Below are positions 27,810 through 38,028 of a stretch of DNA of 64,000 nt, one piece after another. The stretch comes from an uncultured virus (IMG/VR IMGVR_UViG_3300021961_000027) (Duplodnaviria; Heunggongvirae; Uroviricota; Caudoviricetes). The stretch lies in the IMG/VR virus record IMGVR_UViG_3300021961_000027; one strand, written 5' to 3'. Position 1 is the stretch's first letter. Every line of letters begins with the position of its first letter. A model generated the notes under the pieces. The model had not been told where the DNA came from and searched no databases. It saw only the letters and a list, made by a program, of their open reading frames with translations. The position numbers were made by a program, and so were the translations under genes.

Positions 27810-28061
27810 CTAAAACTCTGCAAAGGCCAAGTAAAGATCAGAAACAGGCACCAAGTCATCTATGTTGAATAGAGTGCTTTTGAATCCCGGTGCCGATATA
27901 TCATTCCATATTCCATGCTTGGAGTAATAATGGCAATCATTAAAGGCTTGATTGACATTATTATTTCTAACTCCAAAAACAGAAAAATTAATGTGGTTCC
28001 ATTTACTTATGAAGCCTTTAACGGGCACATGGAAGCAATTGTATCGAGTCAAAAATTGCAT
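27810..28061 (-). CDS. small aromatic-rich hypothetical protein
   Basis: Likely start MQFLTRY after motif copy 9. Confidence 0.5.
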   Translation of the reverse strand: MQFLTRYNCFHVPVKGFISKWNHINFSVFGVRNNNVNQAFNDCHYYSKHGIWNDISAPGFKSTLFNIDDLVPVSDLYLAFAEF

Positions 28062-28083
28062 TTCTTTTCTCCCGGCGCAAGGG

Positions 28084-28109
28084 TAACAAATGCCGATTCG
28101 ATTATCGCA
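28084..28109 (-). promoter_or_regulatory. 26-nt junction motif, copy 9
   Basis: TGCGATAATCGAATCGGCATTTGTTA; contains the sigma gene stop. Confidence 0.8.
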
Positions 28110-28719
28110 CAGATTTTTTTTTGGGCTTGGGCTTGACTGTTGGGCCATGCACCATCACTCTCATGTTCCGTATGGCGGCTTTTACTTTATTGTGGATGTT
28201 CTGTTTCGAGCATCCCAGCGCCGTCGCCACATCTTGGAGTGCGATCCCGTCAGCCGATGATAACAAAGCAGCTTTTTGTGCTGGGATTAGCTTCTGCAAT
28301 AATTTTCTATATGTTTCTACAATCTCTACCATCTCTCCTTCTTCAGGAGGATCTTCGATAGCTAGAGGATTATATTTTAAGTGGGTTGGCTGAGATGCCA
28401 TAATGTTATCTAAAGAATAGAAACTATTATTTAAATTTTTATTGCCTGAATTGAATCTTTTATAAATATCTATTCTGCAACGAAAGAAGCTAGTGACACA
28501 GTAAGTGCTGAATGAGTTTCCAAGAGTTGGATCATAAAACCTGCAACATTGGCATAATCTTTCATATAGGAATGATTTATATTCTGATTTTGATATCCTT
28601 AGATTTCTAATAGGATAACGCTTAACAAACCATTCGACTAAGCGAATGTTTTGTGAGGCAAGTTCTTTTTGTTCGGCGGTTAATGGTTGCATTGCAATCA
28701 TTTTAGGATCAACCGGCAA
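28102..28719 (-). CDS. sigma-70-family RNA polymerase sigma factor (regions 2 and 4)
   Basis: NIRLV...YDPTLGNSFSTY (region 2); LQDVATALGCSKQNIH HTH (region 4); start may be 28701. Confidence 0.82.
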   Translation of the reverse strand: MPVDPKMIAMQPLTAEQKELASQNIRLVEWFVKRYPIRNLRISKSEYKSFLYERLCQCCRFYDPTLGNSFSTYCVTSFFRCRIDIYKRFNSGNKNLNNSFYSLDNIMASQPTHLKYNPLAIEDPPEEGEMVEIVETYRKLLQKLIPAQKAALLSSADGIALQDVATALGCSKQNIHNKVKAAIRNMRVMVHGPTVKPKPKKKSVR

Positions 28720-28758
28720 AAAGGTAAAAAAAGTTGGGTTTTTACCTAAATAATGATT

Positions 28759-29574
28759 ATGGAATTTAAAATCTGGCTGGAAAATTTAGAAGAGTCTACA
28801 TTTGGTAATTTAGCTGCTTTGGCTGGATTAGCAATGGGGGCTGACGGTGATAAACCGCAAGCAAAACCAGTTGTTCCTATGGTGCAGCAACAGAACCCTA
28901 GATTCTATGTAACTCCAGCTACACTTGCTAAAATGAAAGCTGATGCAAAAAAGACTATTCAAAATTTAACAGCTTTTAAGAGAATTATGCCTTCAATATT
29001 TGATGAAGACGGTGTGCTTAGAAATGTGAGTGATACTGAAGAACAAGAAACTGGTGAGATGAAAAAGGATTTAATTAATCCCCAACATTTTAGAAGAGAA
29101 AATATAAAAGTGCAGCACAGATCTATTGCACAGTACACAGTTTTAATTGATACTTTATTAGAATCTCTAAACTCATTTGTATCACTCCCAGATGCTGCAA
29201 TATTACATGTTTTCAATTCCAAGGATGTTAAAAATATTGATTTGATGGTTGATTTAAATGATGAGATGAAACAGTCTCATTTAGAAATTTTGGTTCCACT
29301 TGCTAAGTCATTTGAGATGGCACAAAAAAATGCAAATAAAAATGTTAAATTTATAGGATGGCCTGGTGAAACTGAAAAAGGTGAAGCAGAAGAAGCTAGA
29401 GAAAAGTATGCATATTCATATCTTCCTGTAATCAAGGCTCTTGATACTATCGCAAATATTTATACTGATGATGCAACTGGGCAAACAAAATCTATGACTA
29501 AATTTGATAAAGTTGTTGATTTCATACAGAGAACGATAGAAAAAAATAAAAAGAGAGGCACCAAGTTATCATGA
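28759..29574 (+). CDS. putative capsid-internal protein, GNLAALAG family
   Basis: MEFKIWLENLEESTFGNLAALAGLAMG; TAAATA at 28747-28752. Confidence 0.72.
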   Translation: MEFKIWLENLEESTFGNLAALAGLAMGADGDKPQAKPVVPMVQQQNPRFYVTPATLAKMKADAKKTIQNLTAFKRIMPSIFDEDGVLRNVSDTEEQETGEMKKDLINPQHFRRENIKVQHRSIAQYTVLIDTLLESLNSFVSLPDAAILHVFNSKDVKNIDLMVDLNDEMKQSHLEILVPLAKSFEMAQKNANKNVKFIGWPGETEKGEAEEAREKYAYSYLPVIKALDTIANIYTDDATGQTKSMTKFDKVVDFIQRTIEKNKKRGTKLS

Positions 29575-30833
29575 AGTTTAAAGAATGGATTAATAAATCT
29601 TTATTACTTGAATTTAAAGCAAGTAATTTTTATGATTTTTATGCATTAGAGTTAGCATCTAAGCAAATGGGTTCCAAAGAAGTAGAAGATCTAATTATTG
29701 ATAGAGGCAATACGTTATATTCTGAAATTATGTCAGCTTTGGGATTTTTATTATTTTCAAGATATGGAAGTTTAGTTAGACATTGTATGATGACAAATAC
29801 GGTTAGCAGAGATGTATTTAAATTCAGAGATAATGATTTTCCTGATGAATATAAAGGAATTATATCTAAATATATTCCAATTTTTGATTATGCCACTCAG
29901 ATACCTAGGTTAAGTTGGAAAAATACTCTTCGACAAAATGAGGAGGCATATAATATGTGGCTTGCTATGAATGTCGATGATCAGAAAGAGTTGGTCATTA
30001 TAGCGAGGGAGACATTATTATCGATTGAAGAGGAAGGAGATTGCAGCATACAAGTAGTATGGAATACATTTAGTGATCGTTGGAATAGTATTTATAATTA
30101 TTTTATTAATAACGTAACGAGTGAAGTGATTACTAAGCCTGCGAAAGTTGTGAGAATGATTAATAGTCTGACTCAATTGGTTCATAATAACGGAAACATA
30201 TTGCAATATATGCCTGAAGAGTTGGACAAAGCAATTCATGTAAGAGATACGGCTACTTTGAGTCAGTTGTTATATGGGGCTTCACCAACTGTAAAAGAAT
30301 TATTGAGATCTGCGTTATTGCCAAGTGGCGGTTTGGTGGAAGAGGCACCGCCTGCATTACCGCAATTATTATTAACGGCAATGAGCAGAAGTTTGAACAA
30401 TCATAAAAATATTAATCATATTGAGTTATTAGAATCTAATAGAAATATAGATTTAGAGTCAGGCATTTATAAAATTTACGGTAAACTAGTAGATTCTAAT
30501 AATAAAACTAGTAATTGTACCTTTAACATTAAACTAACTAAAAGAAAAACAAGGTCAAGAGTAATAGATTTGCCAAAAATGGAGTTAGATTTATCAAGTA
30601 TTAAAAACTCTGTTTTGAACAAAATACCTGCTAGTGATTGGCTAAATATTTCTGAATATATGAAGAGGTCTGAATTATTAAATAAGCAATTGAGTCCAAG
30701 AGATGTGAGTCGTTTTGATTATATTCAAGCAGGCGGATTGTTTTTAGATCATATTGATTCGATATTAGAAGAGCTTAGTTTATTTTATAATAATATGATA
30801 AAATATGGAACTTGGCATAGGAGTGAGGTATAA
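29571..30833 (+). CDS. putative capsid-internal protein
   Basis: N-terminus MKFKEWINKSLLLE. Confidence 0.72.
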   Translation: MKFKEWINKSLLLEFKASNFYDFYALELASKQMGSKEVEDLIIDRGNTLYSEIMSALGFLLFSRYGSLVRHCMMTNTVSRDVFKFRDNDFPDEYKGIISKYIPIFDYATQIPRLSWKNTLRQNEEAYNMWLAMNVDDQKELVIIARETLLSIEEEGDCSIQVVWNTFSDRWNSIYNYFINNVTSEVITKPAKVVRMINSLTQLVHNNGNILQYMPEELDKAIHVRDTATLSQLLYGASPTVKELLRSALLPSGGLVEEAPPALPQLLLTAMSRSLNNHKNINHIELLESNRNIDLESGIYKIYGKLVDSNNKTSNCTFNIKLTKRKTRSRVIDLPKMELDLSSIKNSVLNKIPASDWLNISEYMKRSELLNKQLSPRDVSRFDYIQAGGLFLDHIDSILEELSLFYNNMIKYGTWHRSEV

Positions 30834-30836
30834 AAA

Positions 30837-31613
30837 ATGAATTTTAAAGAGTGGTTTGATAATATTGAAGAGTCTATAGCTGGTAATTTGGCAGCTTTGG
30901 CTGGCATGGCTTTAGGTGCTGGTGGTGACAAACCGGCTGGTGTAAATCCTACTGCTATGGTTCAAAAAGCAGATGATACTATTCCTCGTGTTCATGGTGT
31001 TGAAATACATGTGACTAAGGATAGGGCTGTCAAGATGATTGAAAAAGCTAAAAAAGCAATCAAAAATCTTGAACTATTCAAAACAATTGTTTTGCCAGGT
31101 ATAGCAAACATACAGAGAGATAATTTCTGGATGCAGAAAAGTTTATTATCACCAGGAAGGTACACAAGACAGCGATATACAGTAGAAATGAGTGCTGATG
31201 AAATGGCAAAAATGGTAGATGACTACATAGACAATCTTCGTTTATTTGCTTCATACAAACCAGAGCTTCTTGTTCGTGGATTTAACTGGGGAACAGATAG
31301 AAATCAACAAGAATATTTAATAGTACAGGCTATGGAGTTTGAGCGTGAAGTTCTTAATAAACTATCTGAATTAAAAGATAGAGGAAATATTAAATTAGTT
31401 CATGAAGATGAATACAGAGATAAACCACTCCCTGATCCTCGTACTCCAGAACAGAAAGATTTAGAGAACTTTACAGCAAGATGGCAAGATTATCTTGAAA
31501 AAATCTCACGTTTGCCAAAAACACATGATGATAAGGGAAAAGAGAAGCTTAATGTATTAAAAACAATTTTATGGCAAATTGAAAACATTCTGGAGAAGAA
31601 AAAAGATGAATAA
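30837..31613 (+). CDS. putative capsid-internal protein, GNLAALAG family
   Basis: MNFKEWFDNIEESIAGNLAALAGMALG. Confidence 0.75.
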   Translation: MNFKEWFDNIEESIAGNLAALAGMALGAGGDKPAGVNPTAMVQKADDTIPRVHGVEIHVTKDRAVKMIEKAKKAIKNLELFKTIVLPGIANIQRDNFWMQKSLLSPGRYTRQRYTVEMSADEMAKMVDDYIDNLRLFASYKPELLVRGFNWGTDRNQQEYLIVQAMEFEREVLNKLSELKDRGNIKLVHEDEYRDKPLPDPRTPEQKDLENFTARWQDYLEKISRLPKTHDDKGKEKLNVLKTILWQIENILEKKKDE

Positions 31614-32328
31614 CTTTAAAAAGTGGCTTGATAATATTGAAGAGTCCGTAGCTGGTAATTTGGCAGCACTTGCTGGCATGGCTATGGGTTCTGGTGGCGA
31701 ACAAGTAGCTGGCAAAAATCCTACTGCTATGGTTCAAACCGATCCTATGAGGCATGGCGTTAAAGTAATCGTTAACAAGCAAGAAGCTACAAGATTACTA
31801 GCAGATGTCAATAAAGTCATTAAAAATCTTGAATTCTTTCAAAGGCACATTGCTCCTGAAATAAAAGATGTAAAGTTTTTTTATGGTGCAAGTAGGCAAG
31901 TTGGGCCAAAACATTTTGCTTTAGAAAAATATGAACCAGAAACAACTGGTGCTGATATAGATCCTATGATTACAGCTTGGTTAGACAAATATAGACTTCT
32001 TGCTTCATATAAGCCAGAACAATTAGTGCAAGTTTTTAGTAACAGTAAAAATGCAAAAGAACAAGAATCTTTGAATAATTTTTATAGTAATTTTAGAAAT
32101 GATGTTGTTGGCAGATTAGTAAAACTCAAAGACAAAGGACAGATTGAAACTTTACATGCTTTTCAATTAAAAGGAGAGGATGATCCTAGAGATGAAGAGA
32201 TGAAAGGTATGCACAACTTTACTGCTAGGTGGCAAGATTATATTGGGAAAATTTGTGCATTATCATTAAAGCCTGGAAATAATGTTCTTTCACAAATGGA
32301 TAAAGTACTTGAAATGCTTGGGAATTAA
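31606..32328 (+). CDS. putative capsid-internal protein, GNLAALAG family (paralog of 30837)
   Basis: MNNFKKWLDNIEESVAGNLAALAGMAMG; shares ASYKPE and NFTARWQDY with 30837. Confidence 0.75.
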   Translation: MNNFKKWLDNIEESVAGNLAALAGMAMGSGGEQVAGKNPTAMVQTDPMRHGVKVIVNKQEATRLLADVNKVIKNLEFFQRHIAPEIKDVKFFYGASRQVGPKHFALEKYEPETTGADIDPMITAWLDKYRLLASYKPEQLVQVFSNSKNAKEQESLNNFYSNFRNDVVGRLVKLKDKGQIETLHAFQLKGEDDPRDEEMKGMHNFTARWQDYIGKICALSLKPGNNVLSQMDKVLEMLGN

Positions 32329-32330
32329 TT

Positions 32331-33026
32331 ATGGGGCTATATCATAATCCTAGTTGTGTCACAGATGGTTTAGTTCTTGCATTAGATGCTGCCAATCGAA
32401 GAAGTTATTCAGGCACAGGTACAAATTGGAGCGACATAAGTACAAGTTTAAATAATGGAACATTAACAAACGGCCCAACATATGGCAGTACAAATGGCGG
32501 AATAATAAGTTTTGATGGCCTTGATGATTTTGTACAAGTAAATTCATCAAATAATTTTCCTAGTGGAAGTGCAGCTAGGTCAATATGTATAGCTTTTATA
32601 CCTACACAAATAAATGTAAGAAGAAACTGTTTGTTTTTTCATGGTAATGTTGATATTAATCAAGGATTTATGGTTTCATCGCATACAGATGGCAAAAGAA
32701 CGCAAGTTCAAGCGTACAGCAACCAAGCCTCAGCGTACAGTAATACAGACTGGGTTGTAAATAAGCTTAATCATATTGTTGTAACATTTAATGGAACAAC
32801 TATTACTTATTACATCAATGGAGTGGCTGATGGCACAGCTACTTTTTCCACAACAATAAACACAGTAAACAGCGTCAATCCAAGAATTGCATCTTACCCC
32901 TCTGGATGGGGCGGAGAAAGTCCATCACAAGGCCAAATTGGAAGTATATTTATGTACAATATTTGTTTAACAGCATCACAAGTACAACAGAATTTCAATG
33001 CTTTGAGAGGAAGGTTTGGTATTTAA
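32331..33026 (+). CDS. LamG/ConA-like protein, array member 1
   Basis: GLVLALDAAN..SYSG.GT.W.D...NGPT...FDG; ends QNFNALRGRFGI. Confidence 0.85.
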   Translation: MGLYHNPSCVTDGLVLALDAANRRSYSGTGTNWSDISTSLNNGTLTNGPTYGSTNGGIISFDGLDDFVQVNSSNNFPSGSAARSICIAFIPTQINVRRNCLFFHGNVDINQGFMVSSHTDGKRTQVQAYSNQASAYSNTDWVVNKLNHIVVTFNGTTITYYINGVADGTATFSTTINTVNSVNPRIASYPSGWGGESPSQGQIGSIFMYNICLTASQVQQNFNALRGRFGI

Positions 33027-33727
33027 TGGCTGTTGCTTACAATCCTACAATATTAGTGAATGGGCTAGTATTGTGTATTGATGCTGCAAATATTAAATCA
33101 TATCCAGGTTCTGGCACTGCTTGGAACGATATCAGTTCAAGTGGTAATAATGCAACACTTGTAAATGGACCTACATTTTCTTCGGCTAATGGAGGCTCTA
33201 TTGTTTTTGATGGAATAAATGATTATGTGACAACAGTAACAGCATCATCTTTAGGTATTAATTCTACATCTACACCTTTTACTATATCGAGCTGGTTTAA
33301 AACATCTGGATCAGGCGAGTATTATCTTTTTGATAATTATGATAACAATGGACTTTTTGAGGATATTAGTTTAAGAGTTGACGGCGGTGTCATGGAAATT
33401 GTTATGATTGCAAGCACATCTGGAAATACTGGGGCATTACGCTATGGTTCTGGGTATAACAATAATGCATGGCATAACTTTGTTATGACATGGAATGGGT
33501 CAAATACTATTTCTGGATTTGCAGATGGCGTAAATATTGGATCAACAACTGCTTACACTTTTTCTGGAAGTTTTGACTCTGACACTGCGTTTTGGATAGG
33601 GCAAAGACCAAATACTGTTGCTTGGTTTCCAGGCAATATTGCACAAACATCTGTATATAACAGAGCTTTAAACCAATCAGAAATAGCAGTAAACTTCAAC
33701 GCATTAAGAGGTAGGTTTGGCATATGA
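33026..33727 (+). CDS. LamG/ConA-like protein, member 2
   Basis: Start MAVAYNP (TAATG overlap); same terminal motifs. Confidence 0.85.
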   Translation: MAVAYNPTILVNGLVLCIDAANIKSYPGSGTAWNDISSSGNNATLVNGPTFSSANGGSIVFDGINDYVTTVTASSLGINSTSTPFTISSWFKTSGSGEYYLFDNYDNNGLFEDISLRVDGGVMEIVMIASTSGNTGALRYGSGYNNNAWHNFVMTWNGSNTISGFADGVNIGSTTAYTFSGSFDSDTAFWIGQRPNTVAWFPGNIAQTSVYNRALNQSEIAVNFNALRGRFGI

Positions 33728-33939
33728 AAACTTTTTATGAGTATGTTTATGAAAGGGATTTGTTAGAAGCAGAAAGTCCTAAAAAAAAGATTCTGAAAAA
33801 AGCTGCTCTTGCAGGCGCAAACTTTTTAGCTCAGTTTATGGTTCCTCCTGAAGAAAAAGCATTAGCCAAAAGACAAAATCAAAAACCTCAACAAAATATT
33901 TCTGCTCCTCAAGCAGCGGTTGTTAAAAAAGTAGCCTGA
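33724..33939 (+). CDS. small putative capsid-internal protein
   Basis: MKTFYEYVYERDLLEAE. Confidence 0.65.
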   Translation: MKTFYEYVYERDLLEAESPKKKILKKAALAGANFLAQFMVPPEEKALAKRQNQKPQQNISAPQAAVVKKVA

Positions 33940-33955
33940 TTTCTATGATAATTGA

Positions 33956-34654
33956 ATGAAAACTAAAGCGCATTTCATTCAAGGATCATATCCAAAACAA
34001 GAATTGATTAGAGAATTTTTATCCTATGATGTTCAAATTCCTGAACTTTGTGTGTTACAACCAATTAATGAATTTGGTACGTTAACATTGGCTTTAGTAT
34101 CAACAATGCATTGGTCTAGACAATATGAGTTGGGCTGGGCAATTGATGTAGCCAACTTACAAAAAGACGATATAGTACTTGATGCTGGCTGTGCTTATTC
34201 AACAACTAAATATGCTGCTGCTAAAAGATGTAAAAAGGTAGTTGGAATTGACTTGTCTGAAGATTATCTAAAAAAGGCAAGAAAAGGATGTGATATACTT
34301 GGAATTAATAATGTAGAGTTGCATAAAGCTGATATTGCAAAGTATAAATCATGGAATAAGTTTGATAAAGTATTTTGTCTATCAGTATTAGAGCATGAGC
34401 CAGACGAGGAAAACAAGTATAAATGTATCGAAAATATGATTGACTTATTGAAACCGGGAGGTTTTTTAATTTTAAGTTATGATATTATTCGAGAGATCAA
34501 ACCACAAGTAGATTTTTTTATAGATCAAAGAATTTCTGACACTATTCTCAAAATGTTGGAACAAGAAAGATTGGTGTATGGGGAAGCACCATTTAGCGGA
34601 ACTGTAGGCGATCACACTCTTGTAACGGTTTGTTGTGCTTATCAGAAAAACTAA
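33956..34654 (+). CDS. class I SAM-dependent methyltransferase
   Basis: VLDAGCA, VGIDLS, FDKVFCLSVLEH, LLKPGG. Confidence 0.9.
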   Translation: MKTKAHFIQGSYPKQELIREFLSYDVQIPELCVLQPINEFGTLTLALVSTMHWSRQYELGWAIDVANLQKDDIVLDAGCAYSTTKYAAAKRCKKVVGIDLSEDYLKKARKGCDILGINNVELHKADIAKYKSWNKFDKVFCLSVLEHEPDEENKYKCIENMIDLLKPGGFLILSYDIIREIKPQVDFFIDQRISDTILKMLEQERLVYGEAPFSGTVGDHTLVTVCCAYQKN

Positions 34655-35367
34655 ACGCTAAATCTTCCTCTCAAAGCATTGAAATTTTGTGATACTTCTG
34701 CTGCTATCTGTTTATAAGCATAAATTTTAAATGCACTTATTGAACAATTTAAAAAAGCTCCTGTTCCTCCTCTGCTGGCCAAATACATAATTGCATTAGC
34801 AAAAGATCCACCGGCAGATGTATCGGTAGTAGTTGGGTAGCTTATAGCAGCAAAACTTTGCAGAGAACCGTTTGTGTAAGTAAGCCTACCTGTGGCATCA
34901 GATATTATTGAATAAATATTGACATGAGAATTCCAAGTTGTTCCCATAGCAAATAAATAGTTTCGAGCAATTTCAGTATTATGGTTTGTATGCAATAAAT
35001 TAGTATATTGTGTGCCGCCAGTGCTATTTGTATACAAGCCAAGCCCACCAGCATTAGTGTTCCAATTAGTTGTATGTTCAAAAGCCATTCCATCTACTGT
35101 GTTATTACATTTTAACCATATCTCAATAGTAACAGATGAATAAGAAGTAAAGTTTAAATTATTATTTGAAGCAGCGTAATCATTTACCCCGTCAAATGTT
35201 ATTGCTCCGTTGCTATAAGTTGGCCCATTATAAAGTGTAAAATGGTTTCCGTTTCCGCTTAAATCATACCATGCTGTGCCAGAACCTGGATAACTTCTAC
35301 TATTTGCAGCATCTAGATATAATAACAATCCTGTAGTGGTAACTAATGGGTTGTGACTAAGTGCCAT
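34651..35367 (-). CDS. LamG/ConA-like protein, member 3
   Basis: Conserved N- and C-terminal array motifs. Confidence 0.85.
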   Translation of the reverse strand: MALSHNPLVTTTGLLLYLDAANSRSYPGSGTAWYDLSGNGNHFTLYNGPTYSNGAITFDGVNDYAASNNNLNFTSYSSVTIEIWLKCNNTVDGMAFEHTTNWNTNAGGLGLYTNSTGGTQYTNLLHTNHNTEIARNYLFAMGTTWNSHVNIYSIISDATGRLTYTNGSLQSFAAISYPTTTDTSAGGSFANAIMYLASRGGTGAFLNCSISAFKIYAYKQIAAEVSQNFNALRGRFSV

Positions 35368-36041
35368 TAAACACCAAACCTTCCACGAAGGGCAGTAAAG
35401 TTTTTATCAAAATCAGAGACAGTTAAAGCGGTGGAATATACTGCTGATGTAGCAATTCTACCTATCAAATATCTGCCAGGGTCGGCAAAAGTATTTAAAT
35501 TAGCTCCAATCGTCGTAGCGGAGTGTGAGTAGGCACGAACAGAACTACTTCCGTTTAAATAGAAGAGTGCTGTTGATGGCGATACAGCCAGCCCGCAAAA
35601 ACACCAAGAGTTTGTTGGTAACGTTAAACCAGAAGAATTGTAATTATAAGTATTAGCATCATCATTCCAGTGGTATCCTAAAGCGTTGCCACTTTGACTA
35701 AAACTCATACCAGTCGTGCTACCGCTGGCTCCTCGGTTAAAAATTATTCCCGTGTAGCTTGATGTGCCTGAAAAATAAAACCAACCAGCAAAACTAAGAG
35801 ATGTATACGAAGAATTACCCATGTTCAAATTAGCATAAGCGTATGTTGAATTTATGTAGCCGCCGTTGCTTGATGAATAAGAATAAGAACCACCAGCAGG
35901 AAAAGTCAAAGTAGCATTTCTGCCTTGTCCTGTTAAGTCAATTAAAGTAGCTCCAGAACCCGGATAACTTTTACTATTAGCAGCATCTAAATAAAATAAT
36001 AATCCTGTAGTGGTAACTAATGGATTGTATCCAATAGCCAT
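35367..36041 (-). CDS. LamG/ConA-like protein, member 4
   Basis: Conserved N- and C-terminal array motifs. Confidence 0.85.
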   Translation of the reverse strand: MAIGYNPLVTTTGLLFYLDAANSKSYPGSGATLIDLTGQGRNATLTFPAGGSYSYSSSNGGYINSTYAYANLNMGNSSYTSLSFAGWFYFSGTSSYTGIIFNRGASGSTTGMSFSQSGNALGYHWNDDANTYNYNSSGLTLPTNSWCFCGLAVSPSTALFYLNGSSSVRAYSHSATTIGANLNTFADPGRYLIGRIATSAVYSTALTVSDFDKNFTALRGRFGV

Positions 36042-36712
36042 TAAACACCAAACCTTGCTCGTAAAGCATTAAAGTTTTGAGATACTTCTGCTGCAGACAG
36101 TACCCTATTGTATACTGAGGCATTTGCTATTCTGCCTGTCAAAACATTTGTGCCAGTGCCGTAAGCACCTAATAATATTTCGCCTTGGCCTGCTGTAAAT
36201 TGAGTTGTGTTTGCACTTGTTCCACTTGCAGAGCCGTTTATGTATATTATCCATCCGGTTGCACTGCTAAAAGTAACACCTATGTAGTACCATGTATTTA
36301 AAGACAAAGTCGAAGTAGATTGAACGGTAAACCATGAACCATTATGCCCAGCATAAACAATATTTGTTTGGGCTAAAAACAGAGCATGATTAGTGCCTAA
36401 GTTTCCACCGCTTATTATATTATTTCCAGTTCCAAATGACGTAAAATAACACCACGCTAGTTTAGTATAAGTGCTATTTGACATGATGCTGGCATTAGAA
36501 TTAATAAGCACACAGTCATTTACGCCATCTAATGCAATATAACCACCATTTGCAGAAGAATAAGTAGGTCCGTTAGTGAGAACTCCAGTGTTATTTTGAC
36601 CACTTAAATCAAACCAGTTGGTACCAGATCCAGAATAGCTTCTGACATTAGCAGCATCCACATTTAAAATCATTCCATTTGTAACGATGCTTGGATTATG
36701 AAATAAACTCAT
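36041..36712 (-). CDS. LamG/ConA-like protein, member 5
   Basis: Conserved N- and C-terminal array motifs. Confidence 0.85.
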   Translation of the reverse strand: MSLFHNPSIVTNGMILNVDAANVRSYSGSGTNWFDLSGQNNTGVLTNGPTYSSANGGYIALDGVNDCVLINSNASIMSNSTYTKLAWCYFTSFGTGNNIISGGNLGTNHALFLAQTNIVYAGHNGSWFTVQSTSTLSLNTWYYIGVTFSSATGWIIYINGSASGTSANTTQFTAGQGEILLGAYGTGTNVLTGRIANASVYNRVLSAAEVSQNFNALRARFGV

Positions 36713-38028
36713 ACGCCGAACCTACCTCTCACAGACTGATAGTTTTGTGCAATTTCAGAACTTGAAAGTGCTCTATTATAAATTGCAACTCTCGCAACAT
36801 TTCCCAAAAGTTGTGATTCTGCCGTATTTATAGTGTATTCTCCTCCTATTCTCATATCACAAGTTGGCGCTGCTACAGTGCCTGTAAAACTTGTTGTGTG
36901 TACTTGAACACCATCGTAGAAAAGATACATATTTTTTGTTGAATTATTAAGAACACCGGCAACATAATGCCATGCATTATCTCCATTGGTGGTGCCAAAT
37001 TTATTTTTTGAAAATGTCCCAGCATAATTTGATGTTGTGCCTGTTTGATATGTTAAAACCATTTGATCAGCACCAGTTGGGTTCCATTCTCTAACTACCT
37101 GTCTGTTGTCTATTGCTATGGCAAAAGTTTGTAGATAGTCGCTGTTATTTCTATTAATAACGAATAAAACAGCACTTGCCCCAATGCTTCCAACTTTGGC
37201 CCATACTTCAACTGTATGACTTCCAGACGAAATATATGTTGATGAATATGGAACTCTTACAACATCGTTGACTCCATCAAAGACTAAAGTAGCTGGCCCT
37301 GCGGCTCTAGTTACTGTACTTGAAGTAGTTAGCATAGGCGATGTAGCAAATGAACCAAGTTCGCATTGCGCTCCCCAAATATGATATGTCTCTGTACCGA
37401 CGCTAGAAACATTTGAGTTTCCTGGGGGAGTTGTATCTGATGCTCCAAGTAATTGGACTCTGGCGGAACTTTGTGGCAAAGCTCCCATTATTGCTTGTAC
37501 TCTATACCAACCATTGCCTGCCGCATTGATATAACCAGTAGCGTTACTAGATGAAAATACAGTAACAGATGTTAAATCGAACCCAACTCTACTGGCTCCG
37601 TAGCTACCTTCACGAATCCAAAAATATCTTGCTCCGCCGGTTGGTTTAACAAAACAAGATATAGTTACTATTGATGAGGTAGGATAATTTATATAACCTC
37701 CTGTTACTCCCTTGTAAGTAGTAGCAGTAGAAGACAGTGTAAAATACGAAGCAGTAATTGTGCCGTTTGGCGCTGTTTCGCTACTGGCCCCTACTGTAAC
37801 AAAAGATTGAGAGTAATAGGCATTTGTTACATCATTGCTATATAAGTTTCCATTTGTTCTGGAGTCGTAACCATTGAAAGTAGGACCGTTAGTTAATGTT
37901 CCGTGATTGCCTAAACCACAAAGATCCGTAAAAGTAGTACCATAACCTGGATAGCTCTTAGTGTTGCCAGCATCCAGACAAAGTACTAAACCATTTGTTA
38001 CCATATTTGGATTATGATATAGACTCAT
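36709..38028 (-). CDS. LamG/ConA-like protein with inserted head-spike/fiber-like domain, member 6
   Basis: Insert of about 190 aa (GNGWYR, IWGAQCELG..ATS...VTRAA) between NGPTF and FDGVND. Confidence 0.8.
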   Translation of the reverse strand: MSLYHNPNMVTNGLVLCLDAGNTKSYPGYGTTFTDLCGLGNHGTLTNGPTFNGYDSRTNGNLYSNDVTNAYYSQSFVTVGASSETAPNGTITASYFTLSSTATTYKGVTGGYINYPTSSIVTISCFVKPTGGARYFWIREGSYGASRVGFDLTSVTVFSSSNATGYINAAGNGWYRVQAIMGALPQSSARVQLLGASDTTPPGNSNVSSVGTETYHIWGAQCELGSFATSPMLTTSSTVTRAAGPATLVFDGVNDVVRVPYSSTYISSGSHTVEVWAKVGSIGASAVLFVINRNNSDYLQTFAIAIDNRQVVREWNPTGADQMVLTYQTGTTSNYAGTFSKNKFGTTNGDNAWHYVAGVLNNSTKNMYLFYDGVQVHTTSFTGTVAAPTCDMRIGGEYTINTAESQLLGNVARVAIYNRALSSSEIAQNYQSVRGRFGV

